Part shown: positions 1-11,492 of the stretch, piece by piece
Layout: each line of letters begins with the position of its first letter
Position numbering within the stretch: position 1 is the first letter of the stretch
Source of the DNA: Octopus vulgaris
Taxonomy: Eukaryota
Length of the DNA: 64,000 nt
Assembly: GCA_951406725.2 (NCBI GenBank)
Contig: OX597823.1
Span: forward strand, 47,740,001-47,804,000
Direction of reading: 5' to 3'
Notes under the pieces: model-generated
The model's input: the letters and a program-made list of their open reading frames with translations, nothing else
Database searches by the model: none
What the model was told of the DNA's origin: nothing
Made by a program: the position numbers and the translations under genes

Positions 1-39
1 CCCTTAAAATCTGATATTGCGAGAATTTGTAATATGGAA

Positions 40-175
40 TCTGTAAATGTCGAGCTTGTAATAATGGACACATTTGAGACTGTGTGTAATGATATAGACA
101 AATAGTTAAAAGCAATTGGAATAGAATGTTTTGTAGACCTACAGAATGTTTGCCTCTTACCAACATAAAATCTAC
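40..175 (+). mobile_element. Degraded C-terminus of an R4/Dong-clade non-LTR retrotransposon
   Basis: Manual translation VELVIMDTFETVCNDIDK*LKAIGIECFVDLQNVCLL resembles the R4/Dong end (V.PVVIGALG.V...L..IGI...LQK..LL). Confidence 0.5.
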
Positions 176-231
176 CAGGAATAAGACCAAACATGAGTCA
201 AGTTGAATAATAATGATAAAAATAATAATAA

Positions 232-445
232 TGCTTTCAAACTTTGGCACAAGGCCAGTAATTTCAGTGTAAGGGGTAAGTCAATTGCATCAACCCCAGG
301 GTTCAACTGGTACTTATTTTATTGACCCTGAACAGATGAAAGGCAAAGTCAACCTTGGTGGCATTTAAACTCGGAGTATAAACTCAGAAGAAATGCTGTG
401 AGCATTTTGTCTGGTGTGGAAATAATTCTGCCGGCTCACCACCTT
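232..445 (-). mobile_element. SINE family A (tRNA-derived head, Meta-like central domain)
   Basis: Reverse complement matches the other A copies (ggtgagc.ggcagaat...gactttgcctttcatc...aataagtaccag...ggccttgtgccaaagtttgaaa). Flanked by (AAT)n. Confidence 0.85.
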
Positions 446-612
446 ATTAATGATGATGATGATGTATATAGGGGATCCTTCCTTTATTAGATTCAAGGGC
501 TTGATGAAACTCTACTTCTAAAAAGTTACTGGACCTTGTTCCCCAAATTCTGACACTTCTCATAACAAATCTGTCTAATGTTTGTGTTCGTATTCTGTCC
601 TTTTCATGCTGT

Positions 613-1185
613 TTAACCCTTTTGAGACCAAGCCACCTGAAACAGACCCTAGTTCTGGGATACCACTCCTTGTTTAAAGTAACCTAAATAAGTCTTCCAT
701 TAAAATTTCCTGTTAATTTATGTTCCAAACACCACCTAAGAATGACAAAGTTATTTTACTAAATTTTGCCCAAAGTCCTATTGCATAGCACCTTGGGCAA
801 GTTTCTTCTACTATAGCCCCGGGCCAACCAAAGCCTTGTGAGTGGATTTGGTAGATGGAAACTGAAAGAAGCCTGTCGTATATATGTATATGTATGTGTC
901 TATGTGCATGTATCTTTGAGTTTGTCTCCCCATCACTGCTTTATAACTGGTGTTGGTGTGTTTACATCCCCTATAAATTAGTGGTTCAGCAAAAGAGACC
1001 GATAGAATAAGTACTTGGCTTAAGAAATAAGTCTTGAAGTCGATTTGTTTGACCAAAACCCTTCATGGTGGTGCTCCAGCATGGCTACAGTCAAATGACT
1101 GAAACAAGTAAAAGAAAATTATTTTCAAAATTAATTGAGACAAAGATAGTATTTTTCAGCAGAAATATAGTAACAAAAGGATTAA
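613..1185. mobile_element. piggyBac-type MITE interrupted by a SINE B copy (~770-1115)
   Basis: Ends ttaa-cccttt...aaagga-ttaa. Internal sequence is the reverse complement of the 51662-51883 element. Confidence 0.65.
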
Positions 1186-1564
1186 AATGTTATCGTATTT
1201 CATTCTCATTCTTCACATCTTCCAATAATTTTTTGTGTATGCTATATTAGTATCTTTTTAGAGCTTTGTTTTTCATGTGGATGATTGTGAATTTCATATC
1301 ATTTGAAATGGATGATGGTTCTTTCACCACTTCATAATGAAATAGTACTTCCTCAACAAAGAATGTCTTCTCTTACCATGAAGCCTCACAGTTTTAATAG
1401 CACCTTTTTTTTTCACTCAGGTTTATTTTCATTGGGTCTTTTGCTGCTGGTATTGAGGATGGTTTATTTTTATTTACTATCTCATGAGTTATGCCTAGTA
1501 ATGCCTTAAAATCAACTACCTCTGTGTCTTGGTTGTTAAGTTTTACTTTTGCTTTTAAGGTTTC

Positions 1565-1830
1565 TCATCATCATCAACATTATCATTTAACATCTGTTGT
1601 CCATGCTAGCATGAGTTGGACAGCTTGACCAGAGCTGGCAAGCTGGGGAGCTGCATCAGACCCCAGTCTGATTTGGCATGGTTTCTATGGCTGGATGCCC
1701 TTCTTAATGCCAACCACTTTACAGGGTGTGCTGGGTGTTTTTACGTGGCACCACGCAGGTGCTTTTATGCAATTCCACAAGGGCACTTTTATGTGACACT
1801 GTACAGGCACTTTCATGTGGAACCACATGG
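1565..1830 (-). mobile_element. Family C retroposon (RTE-type tail)
   Basis: (CAT)n...ccatgctagcatgagttggac...ggatgcccttcttaatgccaaccac motif shared with many copies in the window. Confidence 0.8.
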
Positions 1831-3089
1831 GTGCCTTTACATGTATATAAAGCCCTTAAGTGCCAGATTGTTTATGTTGTATGTTTGAGTTTTAAGGTCT
1901 TCCTCTCAGTTCCATTTACAAAACGTAATTCCGATTTTGTTTTGTGATCATATTCACACAAAAGATAGACATGCAAGCCACAGACTACATCCTACGTACA
2001 AAAAAAGAAATGAAAAAAATTTTCGATTAAATGTCACTAGTAAAATACAAGAAAAAAAAATAGAATACAATATCTGTCTCAGTTGGAGCTGAAAGAGTTT
2101 GTTAGAGCAGTGAATGATGAAGAATTTGGTTACATAGGAAAGGAAATTGAATGAGAAATAGCAGAAAGATTAATGAATCATCAGCAGGAAAGAAGTAGTA
2201 ATAAGAATAAAAATAAGTTTTACTTCATAAAGGAAACGGATATTATAGAGGAGGAAAGGAGCTTACTTCAGTATTTGAATGAGACAAGAAATATGGATGA
2301 AACAAGATTACAAGATTTAAAAGTGAAAAGCTATGAAAATTAGTAAAGTAACTGGATATAAACCATTAACAAAAATCAAAGTGGAGAATTTAACAGAAGT
2401 TAATGACCTCGTATATTGTGCATCTTCTGTTGCAGTAACACTCATTGGAGTAAAAAGTCAAGTAGAAAAAAAAAAGTTGAAGATTCATTGTAGAAAAGGA
2501 GACTTGAGAAGCAAGTTAAGCAACTCATTAAAGATCTTGGATAAATGCTATAAATGAAAAGGTGAAGGAAAGACATAAGGACAAGCTTCAAAGAAAGTAC
2601 AACATCAGATAAAGCAGAAAAAATTCAAAATGAAGCCGAGTGAAAATATTAGATATAAACAATGTAACAGTTCGTATCAACAGAATGAGAAATTTTAGCA
2701 ATAACTGCACAATTAGAATAAGCAACAGGAAAATGAATTACTAAATTCTGAAGCAGTAAGGATCTTTGGGTTAAATACTTAGAGCAAGGAAGTTCAGCAG
2801 TGATGGGTCCTGATAGTAAAGGTTTAAAAGTGATGCTAAAAAATAGGCCAAGACAAGAATATATAAACCTTACAGAAGAGAGAAAAAAAATGATGCTTCA
2901 AAAGAAACCAAACAACAGATCTTCCTGATGTTGATGGCTTAAAAGTTTCACAAGCATGCCCAGTTGTATGTAATAGTTCCTTACTGGTTGCGTAGGAGAC
3001 GGTGCACATGTATGACTCAACAATAGCTGTCTGTAACTGAACTTAAATCTGAAAGAGTGAGCCTTCATTATTGCAGCTCAGAATCAGTA

Positions 3090-3550
3090 TTTGTCCATGA
3101 AATCAAACTCAGTGACTGACATCCGTTGCTAGTGGAGCGCTAAGAGTACCATACGAGTGAGTTCATTGCCAGAGCAACAAGCTGGCCTTCATGCCGATGG
3201 CATGTTAAACACCATTCGAGCGTGATTGTTACCGCATTGCCTTACTAGCACTTGTGGTGGTGGCATGTAAAATATTTGAGTGAGGTTATCGCCAGTGCTG
3301 CTGGACTGGCTCCTGTGCAGGTGGCACATAAAAAGCACCATTTGGGTGTGGGTGTTGCCAGTTCCACCAAACTGGCCCTCATGCTGGTGGAACGTAAAAG
3401 CACCCACTACACTCTCGGGGTGGTTGGCATTAGGAAGGGCATCCAGCTGTAGAAACTCTGCCAGATCAGATTGGAGTTTGGTTCGCCAGACCTCAGTCAA
3501 ATCATCCAACCTATGCTAGCATGGAAAGCGGATGTTAAATAATGATGATG
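3090..3550 (+). mobile_element. Family C retroposon with internal repeat array
   Basis: Several ggtggcac.taaaaagcacc units, then ggttggcattaggaagggcatccagctgtagaaac and a (GAT)n tail. Confidence 0.85.
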
Positions 3551-3838
3551 AAATTACCAAGTCAACCTTCTTTAAAACGGTGATGATCTCTCTTCTCCCT
3601 TTTGTGGTGCAACCAGAGAAACATTTGATCACCTCATCTCTGAATGCTCTGTGTTAACCTCAACTGAGTATACCTATTGTCATGATGGCCTTGGTCATTA
3701 TTTGCACTGGATCATATGCCATCAGTTTGAACTTTTATATGAGAAAAGCATAAGTCAGGCATAGTAGAAATTAAAGACCCAACCATTCTTTAGAAATTTT
3801 AGTATAGAAATTAATCGAGCTATGATATCATCCCCTGT

Positions 3839-4062
3839 TTTAACACTTTAGTATTCAAACCAATCGTATCTGGCCATAATATTTTACATGTTTTATGTTC
3901 AAATCAGCCATATCTGGCTTGTCACACCTACCCTACAATGTCCTAAAAATAAGCAATCACATTATGAAAATCTCAAAGCTACAAGATAATCTATGATTAA
4001 TTCAAAACAATATGAAAAAAATCATTACATTTGACAGAATGATCTGAATGCTAAAGGGTTAA
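3839..4062. mobile_element. piggyBac-type MITE
   Basis: ttaa-cacttt...aaaggg-ttaa ends. Homologous in the opposite orientation to 55495-55714. Confidence 0.65.
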
Positions 4063-4149
4063 AGTGATTTAAATTACAGCTGTCTTCTATTAATATTTCA
4101 TGTTAATCTGTTCCAAACAAGTTAATAACGACAATGGCTAAGAGGTAAA

Positions 4150-4470
4150 GAGCTCCTTCAGTCATGAATGACCATGGGATTGTACCTAGAAAGTTTCCCT
4201 CCAAGGCACAAATCTAGGCAAGATCGTTTATGGAAGACTAGCGGTTGCTCATGCATACCAACCTCCCCTCTCCATGCCACCAATATAATCCAAGGGAAAG
4301 GCAAAAGCCAATGCAGCTTGGCACCAGTTATGCTGCAATTCATTTCTACAGCTGAGTGAACTGGAGCAATGTGAAATAGAGTTTCTTGCTCAAGAACACA
4401 GCACACAGAATCGAACTCACTACTTCATGATTATGAGCCTGGCACTTTAACCACTGAGCCATGTACCTTC
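4150..4470 (-). mobile_element. SINE family E (tRNA-derived head)
   Basis: Minus strand has A box tggctcagtgg, B box gagttcgattc, then tgtgttcttgagcaag...cactcagctgtagaaatg. Second copy at 44638-44918. Confidence 0.8.
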
Positions 4471-4562
4471 ACTTTAACAACCTTGATTTACTAAATTCTT
4501 TATTGTTTTCAGAATTAATTGGGACAAGTCAGTGCATTTAAATAGAGATATAGTAACAAAGT

Positions 4563-4871
4563 GGAGGTGCAATGGCCCAGTGTTTAGGGCAGTGGACTTG
4601 CGGTTGTAGGATCGTGGTTTTGGTTCCCAGACCAAGCGTTGTGAGTGTTTATTGAGCGAAAACACCTAAAGCTCCACAAGGCTCCGGCAGGGGGTGGTGG
4701 CGATCCCTGCTGTACTCTTTTGCCACAACTTTCTCTCTCTTTCTTCTATTGGCCTGCTCGCTTAGCCAGCGAGGTGGCATCATTTGAAGGCCAAAACAAT
4801 GTGAAGTACATTGTGACCAGCGATGTGAGCAACATCTGATAGCCTGGTCGGTGATCATGGTGATCATGGTG
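4563..4871 (+). mobile_element. SINE family D, tail type 1
   Basis: tRNA-like head (tggcccagtg...ggttttggttccc) and (tgatcatgg)n tail. Flanking direct repeat atagtaacaaa at ~4550-4560 and ~4872-4882. Confidence 0.85.
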
Positions 4872-5014
4872 ATAGTAACAAAAGTGTTAAAATGTGATGT
4901 CATTTCCCTCTCATTCTGGATTTTCTGGTAAATAATCAGACAAAACATGTTTGCTCATAGAAATGTCAATCCGAGAAAATGGCAATATCTCAGTGTAAAT
5001 GTCCAAAAAGTTAT

Positions 5015-5225
5015 ATGAGAGCAAGGCCCAAAATTTTGGGGGAGGGTGAGGGGCAGTTGTTTAGATCAACTCCAGTATGCAACTGTTACTTAATTTATCA
5101 ATCCTGAAAGGATGAAAGGCAAAGCCGACCTCGGAGGAATTTGAACTCAGAGCATAAATACAAACAAAATACCTCTAAGAATTTCACCCAGCATGCTAAC
5201 TTTTCTGCCAGCTCGCCACCTTATG
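5015..5225 (-). mobile_element. SINE family A
   Basis: gaaaggatgaaaggcaaagccgacctcggaggaatttgaactcag...ctgccagctcgccacc. Confidence 0.85.
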
Positions 5226-5305
5226 GCCTTCCAAATATCAGTCTCAAAAATGTGGTATCTAAGAACAACAACTGTGTCTGTGATCACTGGTACTTTGGGG
5301 GATAA

Positions 5306-5528
5306 CATTGGTTTCAAATTTTGGTACAGGGCCAGCAATTTCCAGGAAGGGAGTAAGTTGATTAAATTGAGCCTTGCGCTCATTTGATACTTATTTTATT
5401 GCCCCCCCCCCCCCGGAAGGATGAAAGGTAAGTCAGCCTCAGTGGAATTTGAACTCTGAACATTAGGATGAATGAAATGCCACTAACTATTTTGTCTGGT
5501 GTGCTAATGATTCTGTCAGTTCGCCGCC
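5306..5528 (-). mobile_element. SINE family A with target-site duplication
   Basis: Family A sequence flanked by the direct repeat ttgggggataa (5295-5305 and 5529-5539). Confidence 0.85.
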
Positions 5529-5554
5529 TTGGGGGATAATATCAAATGACACTC

Positions 5555-5711
5555 TTTCTTCCTAACCACATGGTTCCAGGTTCAGTCCCATTGCATGGCA
5601 AGTGTCTTCTACTATTGGGCTAGTGTCTTGGGCATGTGTCTTCTACTATTGCCTCGGGCCAGCCAAATCCCTGCGAGTGGATTTGGTAGATGGAAACTGA
5701 AAGAAGCCTGT

Positions 5712-5769
<58 letters not shown>

Positions 5770-6118
5770 CTGATGTGTATATATGCATGTATATACATAC
5801 ACACACACATATATATGTATATTTATATGTGTGTATGTGTGTGTGTATGTGTGTATGTATGTATGTATGTATGTATGTATGTATGCATGTATGTATTATC
5901 TATGTGTCTGTGTTTGTCCCCCATATCATCACCTGACAATGGATGTCGGTGTGTTTACATCCCTGTAACTTAGCAGTTTGGCAAAAAAAGACCAGTAGAG
6001 TACTAGGCTTCAAAAAAGTAAATCCTGGGTCATTTTGTTTGACTAAGATCCTTCAATGTGGTGTTTCAGCATAGCCACAGTCAAATGACTGAAAAAAAAG
6101 TAAAAGAATAAAAGAATA
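5555..6118 (+). mobile_element. SINE family B with expanded internal microsatellite
   Basis: ccacatggttccaggttcagtccc...gagtggatttggtagatggaaactgaaagaagcc-(TA)n/(TG)n...cagtcaaatgactgaaa tail. Confidence 0.85.
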
Positions 6119-6436
6119 TCAGGAAAGCCAAAAGTGTCGGAACTACAAAATCTTATTCTCCTGGGTACAGCCAACATCCTAAGGTAAAACAGAGTCAGCC
6201 TGAGAGTACATGAATTTTGTAAAATCCTTAAAAATCTTTTAAAATTGCAAATATTCCAACAAATTTTTAACAGAATCCTAATTCTTAATGTTTGGTCTCC
6301 TTTCTCAGAAATATATCATTGCTTCTCACAAATAACAGCCACATTATAAAGTCTGCCTTACCATTTCTTAAGGTCTCTAGTTGAAACTTGGAACAACTAG
6401 TCTAAAACAAAGCAACAACAATGGAAATACAATAAT

Positions 6437-6830
6437 GGTTTCAAATTTTGGCACAAGGCCAGCAATTTCAGGGGAAGGCGATAAGTCAATTACATTACCC
6501 CCAGGGCTCAACTGGTACTTATTTTATCGACCTTGTGAGATTGAAAGGCAGAGTCAACTTTGGCAGAATTTGAACTCAGAACGCGAAGACAAGAAATATC
6601 ACTAAGCATTTTCCCCGGTTTGCTAAGGATTCAGCCACCTTGCTACCTTACAATAGAAATATAATAATAATAATGGTTTCTAATTTTAGGCACTAGGGCA
6701 GCAACTTCAAGGGAAGGGACTGAGCCAGTCCTGTCAAGTTTGATATTTAATTTGTAGTTTTTTTTTTTACCCAGTGGGGATGAAAGGTAAAGCTGTCCTC
6801 AGTGGGTTTAGAATTCAGAACATGAAGAAG
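6437..6830 (-). mobile_element. Two adjacent SINE family A copies
   Basis: Both begin ggtttc(a/t)aatttt.ggcac after (AAT)n tracts. Confidence 0.75.
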
Positions 6831-6889
6831 AACTGGAAAAAATACTGCCTCGCACACTTTACACAGAATTATCTAAGTTGTATCATTAT

Positions 6890-7140
6890 GCATATCATAA
6901 GAGAATTAGATCAAATACAGACTCACAATTCTTAGGAATCATTGAATTAGAAGAAGTACATCTCCTACAAACGAAAGGAAAGATTAAGAAGGAATATTAT
7001 AGATGCATTAGATTAACACTTAGAGAGTTAAGCACATATGTAATGGTGTAGGCATCATTACTCTTGCTGTATCAGTAACAAGTTGTTGTAACATTCTCCG
7101 TTTGATGCTAAATAGATTAGAAAGACTAGATAGAAGAAGA
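6890..7140 (+). mobile_element. R4/Dong RT-thumb remnant
   Basis: IIRELDQ...FLGIIE...KIKKEYYRCIRL...RLERLDRR resembles R4/Dong YLGI.E...KKEY.RR.R...L..LDRKTRK. Confidence 0.6.
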
Positions 7141-7149
7141 AAAATAGTG

Positions 7150-7360
7150 CTTTCAAGTTTCAACACAAGGCCAGCAATTTCAGGAGAGGAATAGGTTGAT
7201 TAGATCAAGCCCTGGTGTTCAAACGGTACTTATTTTATTGAACCTGAAAGGATGATAGACAAAGCCAACTGCAGCCGATTTTGAACTCAGAACATAAAAG
7301 TGGATGAAATACTGCTTAGCATTTTGCCTGGTGTGCTAATGATTCTGCCAGCTCACAGCT
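7150..7360 (-). mobile_element. SINE family A
   Basis: Same head, core and tail as the other A copies. Confidence 0.8.
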
Positions 7361-7394
7361 TTAAGAACAACAACAACAAATATTGACAGCATAT

Positions 7395-7825
7395 AGGCGT
7401 AGGCGTGGCTGTGTGGTAAGTAGCTTGCTTATGAACCACATAGTTCCGGGTTCAGTCTCACTGCATGGCACCTTGGACAAGTGTCTTCTACTATAGCGTC
7501 GGGCTGACCAAAGCCTTGTGAGTGGATTTGGTAGACCGAAACTGAAAGAAGCCCATTGTATATATGTATATATATATATATGTGTGTGTGTATGTGTGTG
7601 CATATGTTTGTGTGTCTGTGCTTGTCCCCCCAACATCTCTTGACAACCGATGCTGGTGTGTTTACGTCCCCGTAACTTAGCGATTTGGCAAAAGAGACCA
7701 ATAGAATAAGTACTACGCTTACAAAGAATAAGTCCTGGGGTCGATTTGCTCAACTAAAGGCGGTGCTCCAGCATGGCTGCAATCAAATGACTGAAGCAAG
7801 TAAAAGAGTAAAAGAGTAAAAGAGA
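7395..7825 (+). mobile_element. SINE family B, most complete copy
   Basis: A box tggctgtgtgg, B-box-like gggttcagtct, CORE-like ccttggacaagtgtctt, internal (TA)/(TG) tract, tail ggcggtgctccagcatgg...aatgactgaa and (gtaaaaga)n. Confidence 0.9.
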
Positions 7826-8144
7826 CAGCATTTAGAATAAATATATAAAAAAAAGTACTTGTGAATATAGGGGTGTAGTGACCCTGAGTAACAACTGTGA
7901 ACTTATAAAATATCCGTTGGATGGCTACAAATATGTAAAGAAAAATAGTAAACTAATATAAATAACTAAAAAGTACATATGCAATAAAAAGATGAGAAAA
8001 TTAAAAGGGAGAAACAACAAGAGAAAGTGAAAGAAGATGAACTTATAAAATATCCATTAGATGGCTACAAAGGTATAAAAATAATATATACAAACTAATG
8101 TAAATAACTAAAAATCATACACACAATATAGAATATTATAATAA

Positions 8145-8445
8145 AAAAGCACCATCCGTTCGTGTCCGTTGCCAGCCTTGCTTGGCCCCCGTGCCGGTGG
8201 CACATAAAAAGCGCCATCCGTTTGTGGCCATTTGCTAGCTCTGTCTGGCACCTGTGCGGGTGGCACGTAAAAAGCACCCACTACACTCACGGAGTGGTTG
8301 GCGTTAGGAAGGGCATCCAGCCGTAGAAACACTGCCAGATTTGACTGGGACTGATGAAGCCTTCTGGCTTCACAGACCCCAGTTGAACCGTCCAACCCAT
8401 GCTAGCATGGAAAACGGACGCTAAACGATGATGATGATGATGATG
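8145..8445 (+). mobile_element. Family C retroposon
   Basis: Three aaaaagc(a/g)cc units, family C body and (GAT)n tail. Confidence 0.9.
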
Positions 8446-8789
8446 AAAATGGAGGGAATAACAAGAGAAATTGTGAGAAAAGGGAAAATAATCCTTCAGA
8501 AGGCCACACTGAAGCAAGGACAAGAAAATACCTCCCTGTATCTAATAACTGAAAAAAAAAACCTGAACAGAGTGGAAATAGACAAATATACAGCAGCAAA
8601 GTTTCAGAAAATGACCAAGGTGTGCACATTCATGGAGAGTCGTAGGTAAACTGTGGATGCCTATCAAGAAATTACTTTGAATCTTCTTTTTTATATGGTC
8701 TGGTTCATCTGATAACGATATATCTCATGTGGCCCAATTCTTGGAAAACGTTGCCCATATCTATTCTTGGATTTGTCAGTTCAAATGGA

Positions 8790-8930
8790 TAGGTGGAAGA
8801 GTAAGGAAAATTTGATAGATGTTATTGTCAAGAACCACCCAGAAAGAAACTGTTTCCTGATTGAAATTTCGGTGCCAACTGATGCTGATGCAACTCAAAA
8901 GGAAATAGAGAAATTATTCAAATAGCCAGA
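8790..8930 (+). mobile_element. R4/Dong restriction-like endonuclease remnant
   Basis: DVIVKNHPERNCFLIEISVPTDADATQKEIEKLFK* matches the pattern PDIV.....C.LID.AVP.D.....KE.EK..KY. Confidence 0.7.
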
Positions 8931-9208
8931 AAGTGGGGGTGTCAAAAATAGATGCAGGTTCCTCAATAGTACATATCTTAGGTTTGACTCAAATAATACA
9001 TAACCAAATAATACATAACCAAACCCCAGAGCACGTAGGTGAAGGTGTGTCCATGTGGTAAGAAGTTTGCTTCCCAACAACATAGATCTAAAGTCAGTTG
9101 CACTGCATGGCAATTTGAGTCATGCAAATTATTGTAGTCTTCTACTATAGCTTCAGGCCAGCCAAAGTCTTGTGACTGGATTCGGTAGATGGAAACTGAA
9201 AGAAGCCA

Positions 9209-9245
<37 letters not shown>

Positions 9246-9247
9246 CA

Positions 9248-10345
9248 TTAGGTTGGCAACTAAGTTCCTGCCGTCTTTTTCAATTTAAGCTTTTTTAAAG
9301 GTTTAATAAAAAATAACAACTAATTAATCAATAATGTATTCACCCTTGTTGTTTACAACTGCTTCCCAACATTCAACAAGATATTCAATATCTCTTTGGT
9401 AGAAATCACCTGATTTCAACTCGAAAAATTGATCCAACCAAGCTCTCAATCCTGCATCAGTACTGATTGAAACTGTGCGCATAGCATTTGAAAGAGATCG
9501 AAAGAGGTGGAAATCCGTTGGTGTCAAATCAGGAGAGTACGGTGGATGTGGCAGCACTTCCCAGCCATGCATTTGAATGGCTGCCTTGGTCATATTGGTG
9601 ATATGAGGGTGGGTGCTGTCGTGCAGCAGAAGAACTCCATGCTGCCGATTAGATCTTTTCTCTTCAATAGCCATGTTGAGTTGTTCCATCTGTTGAACAT
9701 AGAGTCCCGCATTGACCATTTGGTTCTGTTCAAGTAATTCATAATGGATAATCCCTTCCCAGTCCCACCATACACACAAAATTGTTTTACGTGGAAGATC
9801 TTCTTTCACGTGCGGTGTTGCTTGTTTACAAGGGCTAAGCCTTTCCTTACACTGCTTCATATTGATGTACAGGCACCATTTTTCATCCCCAGTAATGATT
9901 TGGTAAAGAAATCGTTGCTTGTGTCCATGAGTTGAGCGGCGATGAGCAAGCAAACCAGCAGAGATTGTGGCTTGTTAATTTTTGTTGTTGTCACTTAAAG
10001 CATGTGGAACCCATGTTCCATACTTCTGAACCTTTCCCATCGATTGAAGATGCTTCTCTATAGCAGTGTGGGAGCATTCCATTTTCTCTGCCAGTGCCCT
10101 TGTCATTTGATGAGAATTTTCGGGCAAAAGTTGGTTTAATCACTCTTCATCAAACTCAACTAGACAGCCAGAATGCGATGTGTCTTTCAGGTCAAAATTT
10201 CCATTTTTGAACTTGGCTTACCAATCACAAGTGGTTCTTTTGGCTATGGCACCCTCTCCATACACAGCCCAAATGTTGCGAGCAGCTTTTGTGGCCTTAG
10301 AAACTTGATTAAAAGCAAAAAGGATGTATTGAAAATGTTTATTTT
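9248..10345 (-). mobile_element. mariner (DD34D) transposon, transposase pseudogene; ORF 9324-9953 is the catalytic domain
   Basis: Motifs TGDEKW, HDSTHPH and HPPYSPDLTPTDFHLF, with 34 residues between the second and third D. WVPHAL upstream is cut off by a stop. One TIR ttaggttggcaactaagttcc. Confidence 0.95.
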
Positions 10346-11214
10346 TCCATTTTCCTTTTTCCATGTTGCAGTTATTAGACTGCGACCATGCTGGGGCACC
10401 ACCTTGTAGTATTTTTAGATGACTGTATGGAAGCCAGAATTTTTTTATAAGTCAAGTCAAAACCATCTCAGTGATAAATTTCGTTTTTTTGTAGGTTTTA
10501 TTTTCCTTTGTACTTGTTAAATCATTAGACTGTGGTAATGCTGGGGCATAGTTTTGAAGAATGTTTAGTCAAATGTATTGATCCCAAGAATTTTTGATAG
10601 GTGATTTTCAACCAGCGCATGAAGTTAACTGTGTGCATGTGTTCTTATGTTTGTGCCTGCAGCCCCACCTCTTCCACTTGACAACCAATGCTGGTTTGTT
10701 TATATCTATGTAACTTAGTGGTCTGGCAAAAGAGGCCGATAGGATAAGTATGAAGCTTTAAATGTAAGTGCTTAAGTCAATTTGTTCAGCAAAAACCCTT
10801 CAAGGCAAAAAGCCTCACATGGCCACAATCCAATGACTTGAATAAACAAAAGAGAAATAAAACAAAATGCTGTTAACACTCCTCAACAAACAACGAACAT
10901 CTAAATAAAAGACGAGTAAGAAATTCTTCAAACAGTGTTATTTTTATTTGTTTACAATAGTTTGCAAAGAATTGACTTCAGAGAAAGCAAAACGAAAGAC
11001 TAATTATAATATATGAAGAAAATGGTACTTTCCTATGGAAACAATCTTCTGTTTAATTCAACAAGATAATTAATTATTTTTAGCTTCTGTCTTTCTTTAA
11101 CTCTGGATAGACCATTTTTATTTATTTATTTAAATATTTATTTATTTATAGTTATTGATTTTTCTTTTTTATTTTCTATCTTTTATTTTCTATTTATTAT
11201 TCTTTTTCTTCTTT

Positions 11215-11436
11215 TTCTTTTTTTATTTGTTTCAGTCATTTGACTGTGGCCATGCTAGAGCACTGCCTTGTAGGGTTTTAGTCAAAAATATCGACCCCAT
11301 GACTTATTCTTTGTAAGCCTAGTACTTATTCTGTCAGTCTTTTTTGCTGAACCTCTATGTTACAGGGACATAAACACACCAGCATCAGTTGTCAAGTGAT
11401 AGTGGGGAACAACACAGACACTCACACACACATAAA

Positions 11437-11492
<56 letters not shown>

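Larger units (their letters stand above)
2280..6190 (+). mobile_element. Fragmented R4/Dong-clade non-LTR retrotransposon, interrupted by many SINE/MITE insertions
   Basis: Collinear motifs: FIIAAQNQ (~3065-3090), zinc knuckle FCGATRETFDHLISEC..EY..CHD...YLHWIIC (~3600-3725), DKTCLLIEMSI (~4940-4970), KMWYLRTTTVSVITGTLG (~5245-5300), LQNLILLGTANILR (~6143-6184). Confidence 0.75.

Noticed and set aside
7760-7825. SINE B tail (agtcaaatgactgaaacaagta in most copies) resembles hammerhead stem II-GAAA-stem III
   Set aside because: There is no CUGANGA or UUGANAA core upstream and no stem I. It is better explained as a LINE-recognition stem-loop.
7898-8120. Diverged ~75-bp direct repeat spaced 140 bp apart
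   Set aside because: It looks like an ordinary old local duplication with no further structure.
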